A DNA stretch of 64,000 bases. Origin: Octopus sinensis. Its lineage: Eukaryota. The notes under the pieces are model-generated. The model saw only the letters and a list, made by a program, of their open reading frames with translations, made no database searches and was not told where the DNA came from. Shown here one piece after another: positions 24,745-37,160 of this stretch. The stretch lies in NCBI RefSeq assembly GCF_006345805.1, contig NC_042997.1:161448001-161512000 (forward strand), read 5' to 3'. The stretch's first letter is position 1; each line of letters opens with the position of its first letter. Both the position numbers and the translations under genes were made by a program.

Positions 24745-25135
24745 ACAAGTGTGGCTCTGTGGTAAGAAGTTTGTTTTGCAAAAACATGGTTCCAGGTTCA
24801 GTCCCATTGTGTGGAACCTTGGGCAAGTGTCTTCTTCAGGCTGACTAAAGCCTTGTGAGTGGATTTGGTAGATTGAAACTGAAAAGAAGCTTATGTATAT
24901 GTGCCTATGTGTGTGTGTCTTTGTGGCTGTGTTTGTCCCTCACCACTACTTGGCAACTGGAGTTGATGTGTTTATGTTCCCATAACTTAGCAGTTCAGCA
25001 AAAGAGACAGAGAATAAGTACCAGGCTTTAACAAAAGAAAAGTCCTGGGGTCAATTTGTTTGACTAAAAATCCTTCAAGGTGGTGCCCCAGCATGGTCAC
25101 AGTCAAATGACTGAAACAAGTAAAAGATAAAAAAT
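24745..25135 (+). mobile_element. F2 SINE, full composite
   Basis: GGCTCTGTGGTAAG head, GGTTCAGTCCC B-box, GGAACCTTGGGCAAGTGTCTT CORE-like block, GAAACAAGTAAAAGA tail. Confidence 0.85.
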
Positions 25136-27349
25136 AAACTGAATTATTATGAATGGATGAGCTTATGCCATTATATAGTTATTCTGTTAGTTAATAAAAC
25201 AATGATATGTTATTATTGTGGACAAAATATTCTATCAACGCATATTACAATGTTTAGTTTAATATAACCATTGTGAAAAACAGAGTATATCGATAGATTT
25301 TAGTCAACACTGTGTATAATACATTAATGTAAATATCTTGTCTTTATTTGCAATATCTTCATCAACAGGAAAAGAAGAATCAGCTGGACAAAATTTCATT
25401 TGTGCATTAAGATTTCAGCAGCAACTCAAGTGTCTATTTTACCGTTCACAGAAATGTTCTATTACAAAGGGTTTAAGAAAACTGGATAAACCAATTTACT
25501 TATAATGCTTTTTTGACAGCTAGTTTGAGTTACAAATTAATGGTATGTTTACTGTGTTTTGTTTTAATGCAACAACAAATAGTGATTCTTTGAACAGTGA
25601 AACAGGTGAAGTCTAGAATATGTGATCAAGACAAGTTAGCTGATTTATGGACATTTTTTGCTCCCAGAGAATTTTAATATAGAGGTGTTAACACCTTTGT
25701 CTGTTACAATGTGTTTACTTCTGTCTATTACATTCAGTGTAGGCTAAAAATCATCGTCATCATTGTCATCATCATCATTTAACGTCTTTTCCATGCTAAC
25801 AGAATTGAAATAAAAACATTGATAATGCACCAGTAATTCATAGATCTGTTAAAAGCACTTTGCAATAATCAAATCAGTCTACCAAATCTACTTTTGCCCT
25901 CAGTAATACCCTACTATAATTATAAAACTAAAAGTTCATTGCTGTAAACTTACAAAAATGAATATTGATAAGAAAATATAGAAACATCTGCTTTATGAAT
26001 GCTTGGTTGCCTTATTGACAGGTGTCTTTACAATACCATAAAGACCCATGTAATTTGCACACCAGTGAAATTTACGCAGGTGATTTCCAGGTTAAAAATT
26101 GTTGAAAAAGCTTCTACTTATGCAAAATTCACACCCAGAAGTTTTCAGAATTGCCAATATGGCTAGGGAAAAAAGGCTTTCAATTTAGTTGTAAGTGAAA
26201 TTATGTTAAATACAATTAAATCGAAAGCCTTTTTCACCTTTGTCTGTTAGATTTTATTAAATTTTCACTAAATAAAAATAATTTCTGTTTAACAGGTATC
26301 ATATTACATGCTATTAAATTACAAAGTGTTTGTGTTGTTTATAATAAACTATATTTTATATTACTTGCCCACAAGAGATTATGTCTGATCTTTAGCATAT
26401 TGCTGTATGTTTTCTCAAATCACGATCACAGGAAAAGTTGTTGATAAGAATTATCAACAAAAACAGAGCTGATAAATATGCACAGGTGTTGCAAATTAAG
26501 TTTAGTCACCAATAAACACCAGAGTCAACCAAGTAAAATATGGAAAATATGACCCAGACTGTGGTTACCAGCATGTACGTCAGACTTCAAAAAGTAGTTA
26601 ACCATTTAATGGTTTTAGTAAATTTATTCAGAAAAAGTAAGAATTATACCACCCAGCATAAATAAAAGCCAACTTCATTATATTTAAGCCCTCATTTTTT
26701 CTGTAAAAACCTGTTCTGACATTAAATGAGTTAACTTCTGGTACGAATGTTTAATTTTCATACATCTTTTCCCAACAAAAAAATTTCTAAAATAAATTCT
26801 ATAAAGATCTATTCATGTAATATACACACCCTTAAAGTGTATTTTTATTTTTATGTGGAAGAAATGTGTAAATTACATGGGTTTTTATGGTATACAGCAG
26901 TCATTAGATGCTATCACTTTCAATGCTAAAAATTGAACAAGAAGGAACAACAGTAGTCTAAGTAAAGAGTAAAATAAGTTAAAGGAAATAACTCAAATAG
27001 GCCAATGCTATAAACTTAGATAATGAAGTTGAGAGATGATGTACTGAATGCCATACAAGCACGAAACCAATTATATTGGTAATGAGAAGAAAATTATTAG
27101 TGTTAATGATGAGGATGATGATGATGATGATTTTTGTCAAGAAAAGCATTTCATTTCGGTTGACTACCTAAAGTGTATTATTTATAATTAAACGTTTTAG
27201 TCTTTTACTAGTTCCAACTCAAGGGCTGCAGCTATACCAGGGCATCACCTACATTTTACATTGATATATTGTAATATAGGTATGTACAATTATATTTAAC
27301 ACATTCCTGTGCACTCAAATGAGGAAAAGCCTTCACTGTGAAAATTGTG

Positions 27350-27620
27350 TTTTGAAAGAGAAATTCTCCTTATAAAAAAGTTGTATGATAAACATATAAC
27401 TGGGCTGTGAATGATGCCACCAGTCTGCAGAAAACGTGTTTCTACATCGTTATGCTTCAATCAGCTACACACAATGAATCCATGTCCAATGGTCTGATGA
27501 CAATATTCATAACTTAGTGGTATACTTATTCACACACATTGTCTATAAGGAGAATTTTTCTTCCAAGACAACTTCTGCAGCAAAGATCCTTTCACATTTG
27601 AGTATATGAATGTGCTAAAT
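27350..27620 (-). mobile_element. Possible pogo/Tigger transposase remnant
   Basis: RKILLIDN...RPLDM resembles pogo DDE motifs KILLILDN...QPLDQG; many stops. Confidence 0.35.
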
Positions 27621-28024
27621 ATAATTCTACATACCTATATTTCACTCACCATTGCTTAATGTGCCACTACTTAATTAATTCTAGTTTGAGAAAGCATTGT
27701 ACGCATCAGTAAATTTATTATTACTCCTTTAAATATAAGAACAGCAGTCCTTAGTAGGCTGTGGATGATGGATTTGGTGTATATAGCTTACAAAGTGTAG
27801 CTATATAGAAATATGTGTCTTATAGTCTAATGATTTCATTCATAGCTTAGTTACATGTTTTTCTCATACATTGTCTTTAAAGTGAATTTTCCTCTCAAAA
27901 TAATTTCCACACCAAAAGCTTTTCCCATGTTTAAATTAACATGAATGTGTTAAATATAATTTTAGATATATATTTTAACCAACATCCTTTAATGTGCCAG
28001 AGAGAGAGAGAGGGAGGGAGAGTA

Positions 28025-28062
<38 letters not shown>

Positions 28063-28480
28063 GGTTGTTGTTCGCACTCTCTCACTGCTCAACCCTAAAA
28101 GAACAGATCTATGGTCGAAGTATTCCCTCTATAACAATTCCATCCCTATGCCAGGCATAGCTAGGACTACATTATTTAATGTCTCCTTTTCGTAAGACAA
28201 TATGTTGTGACTTGAAAAAGATTTAGTTGCTATATTTCATTAAAGCTCCTTGTTAGCTCAAGCTAGTTATATTATATCTATCAGAAAAACAAACATCTTA
28301 GTAATGCTTCTATAATGTATCTGTAAACAATTTTTACCCCAGTAAACTAAAAGATTTTTTTGTATGCAATATTAATAATTTATTTTAGCTTGAAAGAATT
28401 GTTAGTGATTGATAACTACACCTGTTATATTTCACAAATCAGGTTGCATACATTAGTCAACTACTAGTTTTCAATATCAG

Positions 28481-28596
28481 CTCCTAATAATTCTGATACT
28501 ACTCATTACCCGACGAAGAAGTTTGCACATGTGGTTTGGCAAAACTCTCTGGCTGCTATGCAGTCTGACTATATTTGGCATGATGCCAGACAACCT
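28481..28596 (+). CDS. Exon-like segment, unverified
   Basis: ttttcaatatcag|...|gtaaat, open frame APNNSDTTHYPTKKFAHVVWQNSLAAMQSDYIWHDARQP; an overlapping minus-strand exon-like reading also exists; peptide not recognised. Confidence 0.2.
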
Positions 28597-28914
28597 GTAA
28601 ATTAATATCTCTTATTTTAATATAGCAACATCTTTGCTAACTAACATTCAAGACTTTGTGAATTATATCAGGTGTAGCTATCAATCATTAATATAACTTT
28701 CAAGCTAAGATAATTGTTGATATCGTATATACAATTTATGAAGTTAGCCAGCATGGAAAAACAGACGTAGAAAGATGATGATGCTGATGCTGATGATGAT
28801 AATGATGATGACGATGAGGATGATGATAATAGCAACAATGATGATAACAACAAGGACAACTATTTAGCTTGAAAGTTAATACAAATATAATTTACAAATT
28901 GCTTTTTTGCCCCC

Positions 28915-28983
<69 letters not shown>

Positions 28984-29063
28984 ATATGTAAGTATGTATG
29001 TATGTATGTATGTATGTATGTATGTATGTATGTATGTATGCATGTATGTATGTATGTATGTAT

Positions 29064-29098
<35 letters not shown>

Positions 29099-29154
29099 GA
29101 TATATATATATATATGTATATATCTATATATATATATATATATATAATATATAT

Positions 29155-30415
29155 ATCATCATCATCATCATCATCATTTAGCGTCCGTTTTCCATGCTAG
29201 CATGGGTTGGACGGTTCAACTGGGGTCTGGGGAGCCCGAAGGCTGCACCAGGCCAGTCAGATCTGGCAGTGTTTCTACAGCTGGATGCCCTTCCTAACGC
29301 CAACCACTCCGAGAGTGTAGTGGGTGATTTTATGTGCCACCGACACAGGTGCCAGACGAGGCTGGCGAACGGCCACGCTCGGATGGTGTTTTTATGTGCC
29401 ACCGACACAGGTGCCAGACGAGGCTGGCAGACGGCCACGCTCGGATGGTGTTTTTATGTGCCACCGACACAGGTGCCAGACGAGGCTGGCAGACGGCCAC
29501 GCTCGGATGGTGTTTTTATGTGCCACCGACACAGGTGCCAGATGAGGCTGGCGGACGGCCACGATCGGATGGTGTTTGTTACGTCCCCAAAGCACGGAGG
29601 CCAGTCTATGCGGTACTGGCTACGGCCACGTTCGGATGATTTTCTTGTGTGCCACCGGCACTGGTACCACAAAGATACAAATTCCATTTATGTTCATCTA
29701 TTTTGATTTGTTTTGATTTGATTTGATTTTGATTTTCACTTGCCTCAACAGGTCTTCACAAGTGTCACAAGAAGGAAGGTATGCACAGGTGGACTGTCTA
29801 CGTCGCCGGATCTTCGGATGGTGTCTTTATGTGCCACCGACACAGGTGCCAGATGTGGCTGGCGAACGGCCACGATCGGATGGTTTTCTTGTGTGCCACC
29901 GGTACTGGAACCACAAAGATACAAATTCCATTGATGTTCATCTATTTTGATTTGGTTTGATTTTCACTTGCCTCAACAGGTCTTCACAAGTGTCACGCGT
30001 GTCACACACTTGCCTCAACAGGTCTCCACAAGTGTCACACACTTGCCTCTGCCTCAACAGGTCTTCACAAGTGTCACACACTTGCCTCTGCCTCAACAGG
30101 TCTTCACAAGTGTCATAAGAGGGAAGGTATGCACAGGTGGACTGACTACGTCGCCGGGTCTTTGGATGGTGTTTTTATGTGCCACCGACACAGGTGCCAG
30201 GTGAGGCTGGCGAACGGCCACGATCAGATGGTGTTTGTTGTGCCCACAGCACGGAGGCCAGTCGATGCGGTGATGCGGTACCAGCTACGGCCACGTTCGG
30301 ATGGTTTTCTTGTGTGCCACCGGTACTGGAACCACAAAGATACAAATTCCATTGATATTCATCTATTTTGATTTGGTTTGATTTTCACTTGCCTCAACAG
30401 GTCTTCACAAGGGTC
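29155..30415 (-). mobile_element. RTE 3' UTR repeat (F3) with expanded higher-order hairpin-module array
   Basis: Near-consensus F3 3' end at 29155-29330, then about 11 module starts (TTTTATGTGCCACC-type) and a 30-39-bp sub-array at 29965-30115. Confidence 0.9.
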
Positions 30416-33107
30416 ATATATATATATATATGTATGTATGTATGCATGTATGTATCTGCATACATATATATATATGTATGTATATATATATATACATACA
30501 CATATATATATGTATGTAAATTACCTTTTATATATATTGATTTGTTCTTCAAAGGTAGAAGAGTTTATATTGAAAGTGGATAGAGTTGAAATGATTGTTA
30601 TATTGTCTGCTGAGTACTTAATGTCTCTTTTGTAAATCCATCATGGTTTTACTAGTTCGTTTATGTAGTGTAGCTTTTTTGGGAAATAGGATTAAATTGT
30701 TTCCTCTACAAGTTGATTAAAAGCTAGAGCTCATATAAGAAAATATCATTATGAGAAGAGCTGTTCTTATATTCAGATGAAATAAACACCCAAACAAAGA
30801 AGTAAAAATAAAGAAATAAGCAAAATCTGGAATAAAATCTATTATGAAAGCATTGTTTCAAGAAATTAGATTTAAAACATCACATGTGAAAACAAAGGGC
30901 ATTGAAGACAATAGGTCTTGAAGATGTATTGTGTTTTTTATCATTTACCATTAACCCATAAAATTGATTCTATTGACTTCATCATTCCTCCAATGAAATA
31001 ATTAGTAACATTAACAGTAATATGGTAAATATAGCATTTGTAATAGATAATATGTAACAAAATTTTACATTAAGCTTTGTGAGATCTCCCATGGTTGTTT
31101 CTTAGGCAGGCAAGAAAACTTAACCTAACTACTTGACCAGTTCCAGAAAGCTCTGAATGAAAGCATACTAACCTCTACATAATTAAAGGAAAAAGTGGAA
31201 CAAATTGTAATATTACAGAAGTAAGTAATTGATAGAAATGTAAGTGCATTGAATAAATGGTCAGTAATATTTTGTTTGAACCTCTCATGTGCTGAAGTAA
31301 ATTTTGCATGAATCAATAAAATAAGGTTCTAACCCAGTGTTGTCATTGTATTATTCCCATAAAAGATCCCAGATGGGAATTGAATTATAGTAATATGTTT
31401 TATAATATGCAACATCACGACCAAATTATGAAAGGGACACCATTAGTTTTCCCAGAAATGGAAGAAGATTTGAAGTAGTTTCTATTTGTCTAAAATGTAT
31501 GAAGAAGATTGTACATTTTGGACAAGTAAAAACTACTTCAAATTTAACCTACAATTCAATACAATATTATAAGGAAGATATTAAAGCCATCAGCTTACAA
31601 GGCCTTTAAATTGTATTATCCAGATATCTCAGAAGTATCCGAATTAAAGTAATGGTGGGCAGAATCCTTAAAGCTTTAGACAAAATGCTTTCTGGTTCAA
31701 CTCCCCTTAAGGCCAACTTTGCCTTACATTCTTTTGAGGTTAAAGGATTAAGTATTAGGGTCAGTGAAGTCAATCAGTTTCTCCCCTCGAAAATGCTGGC
31801 CGCATATCTAAATCAGAAATATATCATTTAGTGTTAAAAAATGGTAAAAAGGAAAAGGACTGTGTAAGTACTTTACCAGACAATTGAAGTCAAAGCTATA
31901 CATTCTTGAATATGAAAAAGCAAGAAAGTACACTTTCATACAAGGAATTATATGAAATATTACTGTTTCCAGAATTTCCATTATTTCTTGTCATACTCAG
32001 ATGTTACTTGATAAACATTTATGAAAACATGGTTATTGTCCTTGACAATAATTTCAACAGCTCTTAACTTGTGATTGAGCTCTGTCTATTTCTTCACTAG
32101 TTGCTCCATATTTTTATGTCATATAAACTCTTTTCAACGTTTCGTATCAACAATTACCTATGTTTGAAGGCTTATTAGTGATTGGTGACTACATCTGTTA
32201 TCATTCGCAAATCAGCGTGTACACATTAGCAACCACTCTGTTTTAAGAAATATCATAGGACAGGCAACATTTTGATTATCTTTGATGAACAAATTTGTCA
32301 TAGCATTAATTACAATTGAAAGCTACATAGCAGAAAGCTGTGATTAAGGCTACTTATAGACTATGTACAAAGGCTATGGTGTTCCTGTGTTAATGCAAAA
32401 CTTAAATTAATGTACAAGTAATTGATATTGAATATTTACAGTAAGGGAGCAAAGTTGCAAAAGCATAAAACTGATGATAAAGACAATCATTTCTGCAACA
32501 ATATACTTAATGTACATCACATGAGTTCAATACAATCCCTCATTTACATTCACTTATGATTCAGTCATCTTTATTTCTAATTCACAAATTTTCAAATCAT
32601 ACAGCAGATGCTAACTACTTTGAATTTGGAGAGCTTGTCATTGATGAAGAAAGATTAATAAAAATATTTTTAATAAAGAATATACACCTAATCATTATTG
32701 ATATAAATAAATTATTAGCTTTACACGTATCATGTTGAAAAAAGTTATTCCCCTGTCTTTTCATAATCTATATATGTAAACCAAAGAATCTATTACACTT
32801 CATCTGTTAAGGCTTGTATTACTCAATGACCTTTGATGGAAACTATATCTTTAATATGGTTGAGAAAACTTGGCAGCTTCAGAAAGAAAAAAAGTTTGGC
32901 TTACGCTTCTAATATCTAGCCTACAAAATTTATACTGATACTTTACACCTGTTGTAAATAACTATCAGTTTCAAATAGCTAACAGTACCAAATCTTCTAC
33001 TTAGACTAGACAATGCAGTACATGTTGGATAATGAAGATATTACAAATATATGAAAGATTGTATAAATTAGACAATATTACAACACATTTTACTGTGTAT
33101 TCCATAT

Positions 33108-33317
33108 TTAACCCTTTTGCATTCAGATTACTCTGTCAAACCTAATGCTTTTGAATTAGCCATGCATTATTTTGTAGCTGCCAAGTTTTTGAGAATGTGA
33201 TTGTTTATTTTTAGAATGACATTATAGGGTAGGTGTGAAAGGCTCTAGCCAGTTTGAACATAAGACAGATAGAATATTTGGGGCTAGATATGGCTTGTAT
33301 AAAAGTTAATGGGTTAA
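33108..33317. mobile_element. TTAA-flanked MITE (piggyBac-like), family B
   Basis: TTAA-CCCTTT...GGG-TTAA. Confidence 0.75.
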
Positions 33318-34944
33318 GGCAGATTTTAGATATTAATATATAATGTTAAATACTGATTTACATCAATACATAAATAGTATGCATGCAGGAATATTTAATC
33401 AAATGATTTGATTTACTTTATTCTCAACTGTTAATGTTGTACTTGACTTCAAGTCAAACCTGATCAAGTGGGCCTAAGGTCCTTTCAGCCATGACTATCT
33501 CATTGTTTTTTTACTTTTTTGAGATATGTAGGTCTACATTATCTGATATGCCTTTTTTTTCTTTTTTCTGCTTAAGAATCTGTGGTGGTTAATATGGGAT
33601 GAGAAAATTAAAAATTTTTAATTTCATTAATTCATAGGTATGCAATTTATATTAAATTACTATTTGATCATAGATATTCTGTCCACAACAGAATATGCTA
33701 TTGAAAGTTAATGATTATACACTTTTGCAGTGAATACTAGATCAGTGACCAGTAAAATAAATTTTATGTCTTTTGCAAGACTGCAGAATAAAACTTTCAT
33801 TTAGAGAAGCAGAAAAAATTTAAGGTTTTGTTTTTCTTGTTTTAGAATCTAAGGTAATTTGTCTTAGAGTTTATATAAATTGGCTGATGGTCTATATAGC
33901 TCTGTTCAATTCTGCACAAAAATATGATGTACAAACAGTAAGTTCATAATTGACTTTTTGACTAACTAGTTCATGCTTGAGGTTTATTTTATTTATCATA
34001 TGAAAACTACTAAAATCAAACTGAGATTGAAATGGTTTCATTTTAAAATTTATAATCCCCTGAATTTAATTCCTTAAACAATATGACTCAAGATTTAATT
34101 CTATGAAATTACAAAGACAGAAATGTCACAGTTACATATTTCACAAAATAGTATTTTGCTACCAAGTGTAACGCCTTTAGTGAAATGATTCTGAACACTC
34201 ACTTTCAGTTTTACAGTGTGAATAGATGTAAGTGATAGTGCTGCTATAGGAAATGGTGGTGTTATAGGAAGTAGTGGTGCTATCTTTGGTGGAAGTGGTG
34301 GTGGTGGCCTTAAGGATTTGTCATTTACATTTTCATCAACTTTCCAATATAATCAGAGGCCAGGCCATTGACCTTAGAACTAACAAATTGACTACCCATT
34401 TTTTCACTAACCTTTATCTAAAAATCACAAACAACACTTAATCTTTCACATCACACTTTCACCAGTTTATCAATTTCTTCTTCATCATCAAAGTACAACA
34501 GAAATATTCCTAGTACCTAAAAGGAGACATTCTTGACCTTTCTAATAATTACCCTATCTTTGCTTTCCCTAGTGTTTCTAAATATTTCATAATTCTTTAT
34601 TGTCAATATTTCATAATTCTTTTCTTGTGAGTTATGACTGAAATTAATTGCAGGATGAAAATATTCTTCACTTTGGTTGTAATTAATTTGAAATACAATG
34701 TAGATTATTGCTATAAAATTACAAAATTAATTTCAGGGCTTATCTAATAGCCTGAGTGCTCATTTTGTTTGTTAACTAACACACATTCAAGAGCACAGAA
34801 AGCATCTGTACAAAAAAGCAGATTTCACTAAAGGTGCTCGGAAGACCTATGGTGGTGTTATACTTTGAATGGTTGATTAAGTTGAATAATTATTAACAAA
34901 CTGAGGTAAAGAAGACACAGTAAGGTTTTAACAAAAAGTTCCTG

Positions 34945-35160
34945 AAGGCTGTGAGCAGGTAGAATCACTAGCATGTCAGGTGTAATGCTTAGCAGCATTT
35001 TGTAACATCTTCATATTTTGAGTTCAAATTCTGCCAAGGTCCACTTTGCCTTTCATCCTTTCGGGGTCAATAAGATAAGTACCAGTTGAGAACTGGGGGT
35101 CAATGTTATTGATTCAACCCTCCCCCGATATTATTAGCCTTGTGCCAAAATTTGATATCA
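34945..35160 (+). mobile_element. F1 SINE, short-tail variant
   Basis: Full head, central domain and CCTTGTGCCAAAATTTG tail. Confidence 0.8.
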
Positions 35161-35449
35161 AAATGTAAATGCCCTGACATTCCTCTATAGAAAATCCCTT
35201 AAATATAAAGTATACATTTTAAAACTCCCAATTTAAAATCACTAAAACATCTTGTTTAAAATCATTTTAAAACTCCTTTTTTAAAATCATTATAAGTATA
35301 TTCAAAGCAAATATAATATTTTGTTTGTGAACCAACACACACTTAAGATCACAAAAAGTTGTAGACTCAATATTTATACAGTTTCAATGATATTCATCTT
35401 CCTATCATATGAAGCATTGCTGCAAGGGATTGGCCCAGTGAAAATATGT

Positions 35450-36000
35450 GCAAATATCCAATGATACTGTTGTTTGCAAATTCATGCAATAAAAAATCTC
35501 TAATCTGTCTACCATAAACCTTTCTTATCGGTTACACTATATCTACTTGTGCTAACAGTTCTTTCCTTTGTGAAGTCCTTCTTCAGCTCAGTAGCTTCAA
35601 AGCTCAATCAACATTTCTTTTAACTTTACAGAGACTCCGCTCCCAATGACAGCATACTATGCCCGCTGAGTTTACTAAATAAATCTTCTTTTTCCACATA
35701 CATGTATTTTATATTCCTAATATTAAGAAATCTTGCCTCAGTCTACTTGTGGTTTAATAACATTGCAAAATCTCTATCATTCAAGAGTTGGCCCTATTTC
35801 AAGTCAAAGATGTACTTTAGTATTGGAGAAATGTCAACACTTTAATAACCTCAAATATGCCTGACATATATTTGGAATGGTACACCTCTCTTGAACGTTG
35901 CTATCTTAGACAGCATTAAGCAGAAAGTTATCTGGTCGTTTGGCAAACTTTCCTTTACTGATAACCTCTAAATTCTAGTCTACTGAATGGAGCTTATCCT
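35450..36000 (+). mobile_element. CR1-like LINE remnant
   Basis: YIWNGTPLLNVAILDSIKQKVIWSFGKLSFTDNL resembles CR1 HIWGG...LLDRVQ.KA.RLI..P.LT..L; left boundary uncertain. Confidence 0.5.
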
Positions 36001-36449
36001 TGTTATACCACTTTTCTATTGCTGGCATGAGGTGAATGGGACTTTTTGAGGTAGTGTTTTATTACTGGATGCTCTTTCTTTTAGTTGTTTCTAACAACAC
36101 ACAAGGATAGAGTGCACCTGTTGTAAAATCTGGAATGTGCATATATCCCACATTCAATATATGCCTTCTAATCACTAAAAGCCAAATAACTTTTCGATCT
36201 TTGCATAACTTCACTGATCTTCTTTGTCCCCACTGTCACGAGCAGCAGCAACATCGTCCAAGAATTTGGACCTGGAGATCTCCATTTCCAGCAACTTCGA
36301 GGGCCAGCTCCCAGTGGTGTCTGGCGTCAACGAAGAGCCCTCGACTACAACAAGATGACCAAAGTTGTTTTTTTTTTTCCCAAGATCTGGGGTCTCCTGC
36401 CCCTAAGCCCTAGACCATCACCTAATCACCCTTACCCATCTTGTTGCTT

Positions 36450-36480
<31 letters not shown>

Positions 36481-36779
36481 GCAGCAGCAACTGTTTAGGA
36501 AGAGCCAATGAGAGACCCTCTATGTGACAGTTCAACTAGTTTGAAAATAGCAGTCAATTGTTACTCAGATCATCCTACTGTCTTAAAGGAAAACGAAAAA
36601 TGAAAAGAGAAACACTTTGTATAATGTAATCTAAGGAACTCTAGAAACAAAGAAAGGATGATTATGGCTGAAAAGACTATAATCATAAATCTGCAATAAT
36701 AACAACTTTCAGAAATTATTGCATTGATAGGAAGATAAAACAAATACCTCTGGGTTAAAAGATACAAGCTTAGGTAAAA

Positions 36780-37160
36780 TGTATAATTTTTCTTTCACAG
36801 CTGAATGATTTAGTGATTCAGAAAGCACTAAGGTATTAAACAATAAAGGAAAATTTACATAAAAAGAAATAAATCTCGAAATTTTACATGTAGTTTGATG
36901 CAAATGGAAGCATTCAGAATAAGGAAATTTCTGAGAATGCAGATATTTTAGAAACAGTAATGTTTTGTTTTTAGCTGCAACCTCAGTAGCCTTGTTAACA
37001 ACAATATTATGTTGGGATGGCCACCACTACTGGTAAGTACAGAGGATTGCTTCTGCTACAGTCACTATTAGAATCTATAGTAGAGAGAAATAAACTGAAC
37101 AATGAAGAGAATACATATCTGGACTATGATACTACACATCAAAGCAAAGAAAATGGACCT
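36780..37160 (+). mobile_element. Possible gypsy LTR-retrotransposon RNaseH-integrase linker remnant
   Basis: IMLGWP followed by a THQSKE (H.G-like) motif across frameshifts; weak. Confidence 0.25.

Noticed and set aside
29330-29640. CRISPR-like repeat-spacer array
   Set aside because: The spacers are homologous to each other, the array lies inside a eukaryotic retroelement 3' UTR, and no cas genes are present.
31100-31240. 28-nt minus exon (ELSGTGQVV) that would join in frame to 28594
   Set aside because: Very short, and the plus strand reads like a stop-interrupted decayed ORF; no independent support.
36801-37032. Phase-compatible exon pair 36801-36832 and 36975-37032 (LNDLVIQKALS/CNLSSLVNNNIMLGWPPLL)
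   Set aside because: The intervening and flanking DNA also read like decayed coding sequence with a gypsy-like GWP motif; a TE remnant is at least as likely.
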